From Candidatus Micrarchaeia archaeon (GTDB taxonomy: Archaea; Micrarchaeota; Micrarchaeia; CAILAH01), in NCBI GenBank assembly GCA_049970015.1, contig JBMFNT010000002.1, positions 1-58,116 of the forward strand: a DNA stretch of 58,116 nucleotides. Reading direction: 5' to 3'. This document shows positions 55,470 to 58,116 of the stretch, one piece after another; the first letter of the stretch is position 1; each line of letters begins with the position of its first letter. The notes below the pieces were generated by a model. The model was given only the letters and a program-made list of their open reading frames with translations. It searched no databases and was not told where the DNA came from. A program made the position numbers and the translations under genes.

Positions 55470-56573
55470 ATGAAAATAGCAATCCTTGGGGATTTTCACT
55501 TTGGATATGACAGGTTCTATGAAGACAGCTTTGTACAGGCAGAGCGTGCACTTATGAAAGCGCAGGATATTGCAGATGTTATTTTAGTGGCAGGAGACAT
55601 ATTTGATTCACGTACTCCAAAGCAGGAAGTGATCGCACAAGTATTTGAAATTTTCAACAAACTACACAAGAAAGTTATAGTTATACATGGAACACATGAG
55701 AGAAGACCACAGGGATTTACTAATCCAGTGGAACTTTTATGCAAGGCAGGGTATGCAGAATCATGCCATCTGCGACATATAGTCTTTGAAAAAGATGGTG
55801 AGAAGGTGGCTGTTTATGGGATTGCAGGCGTGCCAGAGGAGTATGCCAAGGTTGCAATAGAGCGCGCCCAGCCAAAACCATTTGAAGGTGCATTCAACAT
55901 ATTCATGTTCCACCAGAACCTTAAAGAGCTCATGCAGGTTGTTGAACATGGGCTTTACATCGATGACCTTCCAGCCGGCTTTGACTTGTACATTGATGGG
56001 CACATACATAAAAATTTAGAAATAAAAAAATCTGGAAGGCACCTTCTTGTGCCGGGTAGCACGGTTGTTACGCAGGTAAGAAAGGAGGAGAGTGTTAAAG
56101 GGTTTTATCTTTTTGATACTAGAGAACGTAGTGCCACATTTGTATCTATAGTTACAAGGCCCATCCTACACCTCTTAATCAAAAAAGAAAACAGCACCCC
56201 ATTAAAACAGAAAATAGATGAAGAGCTTTCAAAGTATGATATTTCACAAAAACCCATTGTGCGCATAGACCTAGACAGTAATGTTGAGTATTCCGAGCTT
56301 AGCGCATTGTATGAGCAATACAAGGACAAATGCTATATGTTTATTTTCACACCGCATGATGATGCTAACGAGTATGAAACAGATTTTAAGCATTTCGATA
56401 TGCATAATTTACCGGTCCGCGAACATGGGATGTCTATGTTTAAGGAAATGCTTATAAAGAATGGAATACATGTAGAAGATGCAGACGAATTGTTTGATGT
56501 GCTACAAGAAGATGATGAACAGATACGCGCATATTTAATAAACTTATTTGGTGGTTTGCGTGCCAAAAGATGA
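55470..56573 (+). CDS. mre11: Mre11 DNA repair nuclease
   Basis: Calcineurin-like motifs: LGDFHFG, GDIFD, GTHE, HQN, and GHIH. Confidence 0.85.
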   Translation: MKIAILGDFHFGYDRFYEDSFVQAERALMKAQDIADVILVAGDIFDSRTPKQEVIAQVFEIFNKLHKKVIVIHGTHERRPQGFTNPVELLCKAGYAESCHLRHIVFEKDGEKVAVYGIAGVPEEYAKVAIERAQPKPFEGAFNIFMFHQNLKELMQVVEHGLYIDDLPAGFDLYIDGHIHKNLEIKKSGRHLLVPGSTVVTQVRKEESVKGFYLFDTRERSATFVSIVTRPILHLLIKKENSTPLKQKIDEELSKYDISQKPIVRIDLDSNVEYSELSALYEQYKDKCYMFIFTPHDDANEYETDFKHFDMHNLPVREHGMSMFKEMLIKNGIHVEDADELFDVLQEDDEQIRAYLINLFGGLRAKR

Positions 56574-57243
56574 AGGGAAAGGGTTGCTTGAAAAAGCAAA
56601 AGATGACATCATAGATGGCTATTCAAAGATAAAACGCTCCTTATCCGAGGGGTCTTCAGCATTTTTGAATAACACATATATACTCCTCAAATACACACTA
56701 CTTACTATTGTACTTTCAGTTTCCTATGTTTTCATACAGGGAATACCATACATATCGTACGCATACCTGCTGCCAGCCACAGTATTGATCCTTCATTTCC
56801 ATTACGAATTTCTTATTATCCCAGTTAAGGATCTGAAAAGATTTTCATTTAATACACTTTCGCTAACATTCCTCCTATTAATCTCATATGTTACCATAAC
56901 TTTCAACCCACAGTCTCATAGCCAAGATCAATTTCCAACAGTTCATCTCATATCAACTTTCATATCTCTGTTCTCATTTGCGCTATTTCTTTTTCAGCCT
57001 GTATATATGGTGAAGGCAGGGGCAACCCCTCTTAAAGCGCTTAAGAACGCTTTTGGGTTCATATCAAACAATGCACTTAAAACAATGACCTACATAATAA
57101 TCCTCTTCTTTGCGCTTTCCATACTTTCTTCAATCCCATCATTAACCCCTCTTTCATTTCTCTCCCCAGTAGTTTTCATATACCTTTCATATGGCGTTTT
57201 CATATTCATACACTCATTTTGGGAGGTCTGCAGAAAGAAGTAA
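56548..57243 (+). CDS. Multi-pass membrane protein, unknown function
   Basis: About six hydrophobic helices. Non-ATG start (TTG/GTG) overlapping the mre11 end. Confidence 0.5.
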   Translation: MVVCVPKDEGKGLLEKAKDDIIDGYSKIKRSLSEGSSAFLNNTYILLKYTLLTIVLSVSYVFIQGIPYISYAYLLPATVLILHFHYEFLIIPVKDLKRFSFNTLSLTFLLLISYVTITFNPQSHSQDQFPTVHLISTFISLFSFALFLFQPVYMVKAGATPLKALKNAFGFISNNALKTMTYIIILFFALSILSSIPSLTPLSFLSPVVFIYLSYGVFIFIHSFWEVCRKK

Positions 57244-57837
57244 ACTTAAACATTAACTCACCAATCTTTGCCTTGCATCCATGAACACGTGACGTGCATT
57301 CGTTTACGATTTGATGATCTGACACTTCACTACATCTATGTTCAATTTATGTGTTTTCACACGAGCATGTCGGGTGATAGCAGAACGTATCAAGACACGC
57401 GCAAATGAACACGTCATAACTGAAACTCTAAAGAATGGCGCTGTAGATATGCCTCACAGTCGTGTGTATCTAATACTGCAAATGGATGACATTACGTCTC
57501 ATTGTCTGGTGGGTTTATTTGATAATGCAACTTCTGAAAATTACGTGGATTCATGAAAAAATGGATTTTTTTAGAGATGCCAGGCTAAATGTCAGTTAGG
57601 ACCAAAGGCGGAAACCACTGTTTGACAAATTTACACACGATTTAATACAACGTTTCGCGGATAAAAAGTTGCAGAAGACAATTTTTACGATTTCAACAAA
57701 CAATGAAGATTACAATACTCTTTTACTTCAAGATTTTCTGATTTTAAATTAAACTCTGCTTCTGGTTACTCCGGGTTTTAAAAACTTTCTGTAAACTTGT
57801 ATTGTTGCGTTGTCGGGTGCTGGATTCAATAAAAAAT

Positions 57838-58116
57838 TAAGTTTTGTTCGATTTGCTCAATTTAATCAAACTTAACCATTTATTGATGCTTTCTAACAAA
57901 ATTTCCATTCCTTTCATAATGGCTCTTGCACTTTCTAAACATCCATGAAAACCACGCATTATTTTTGTTCTGTCCCTAATAGTATTGTGTAATCTCTCTA
58001 TTTTGTGAATAAATCCTTTTTCATCTGCTATTACAACATATTGTCCTGCTCTCCATATAATCAGAGGCGACTATAAAACGGGTTTCTGCATCCATCACGT
58101 CTACAAACCAATTCTG
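57838..58116 (-). mobile_element. Degenerate DDE transposase remnant (IS6-like C-terminal signature), truncated by the window edge
   Basis: Minus-strand translation gives QNWFVDVMDAETRFIVASDYMESR. After a frame change it continues as IADEKGFIHKIERLHNTIRDRTKIMRGFHGCLESARAIMKGMEIL. The N-x-IE-x-H-x(4)-R...GF...A pattern is typical of IS6-like transposase C-termini. The element is far too short and frame-broken to be active. Confidence 0.45.

Noticed and set aside
57338-57556. ORF 57338..57556 (72 aa) as a gene
   Set aside because: It is an isolated ORF in a compositionally odd, probably decayed region. It has no motif and no convincing promoter or start context.

Overview
Archaeal chromosomal segment of about 58 kb. 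It is moderately AT-rich and tightly packed, with many 4-20 nt gene overlaps and TATA boxes about 25 nt upstream of start codons, suggesting leaderless transcripts. An archaeal origin follows from the gene set: aIF5B, RFC small and large subunits, Orc1/Cdc6, Hjc, Pelota, ABCE1, RecJ/GAN-like DHH nuclease, RNase HII, Mre11, SepF, Trm5, archaeal-type UMP kinase and ADP-forming acetyl-CoA synthetase. That it is a small-genome, DPANN-like organism is only an inference, drawn from the compactness and the several anchored surface proteins. Most of the window is housekeeping. The signals the ORF track does not explain are listed below.
1. An unannotated RNase P RNA lies on the minus strand between pepA and an MFS gene. 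Its predicted terminal helix and promoter place a roughly 340-nt array of tandem hairpin modules inside the RNA, at the P3 position.
2. A promoter-equipped tRNA-Ala(CGC) 5' half stops at position 37/38. It is followed by at least 240 nt of GC-rich G5/C5 hairpin repeats, so it is either a giant intron or a split tRNA.
3. A low-GC phosphomevalonate kinase plus diphosphomevalonate decarboxylase cassette is bracketed by direct repeats that copy the rfcL 5' end.
4. Short tandem duplications span gene 3' ends at four loci: purF, the aIF5B/NHL junction, RNase HII and AIM24.
5. A second low-GC pair of orphan genes sits at 18.7-21.5 kb, and an IS-like transposase remnant sits at the right edge.
No CRISPR array, rRNA, complete tRNA or recognisable defence system was seen.
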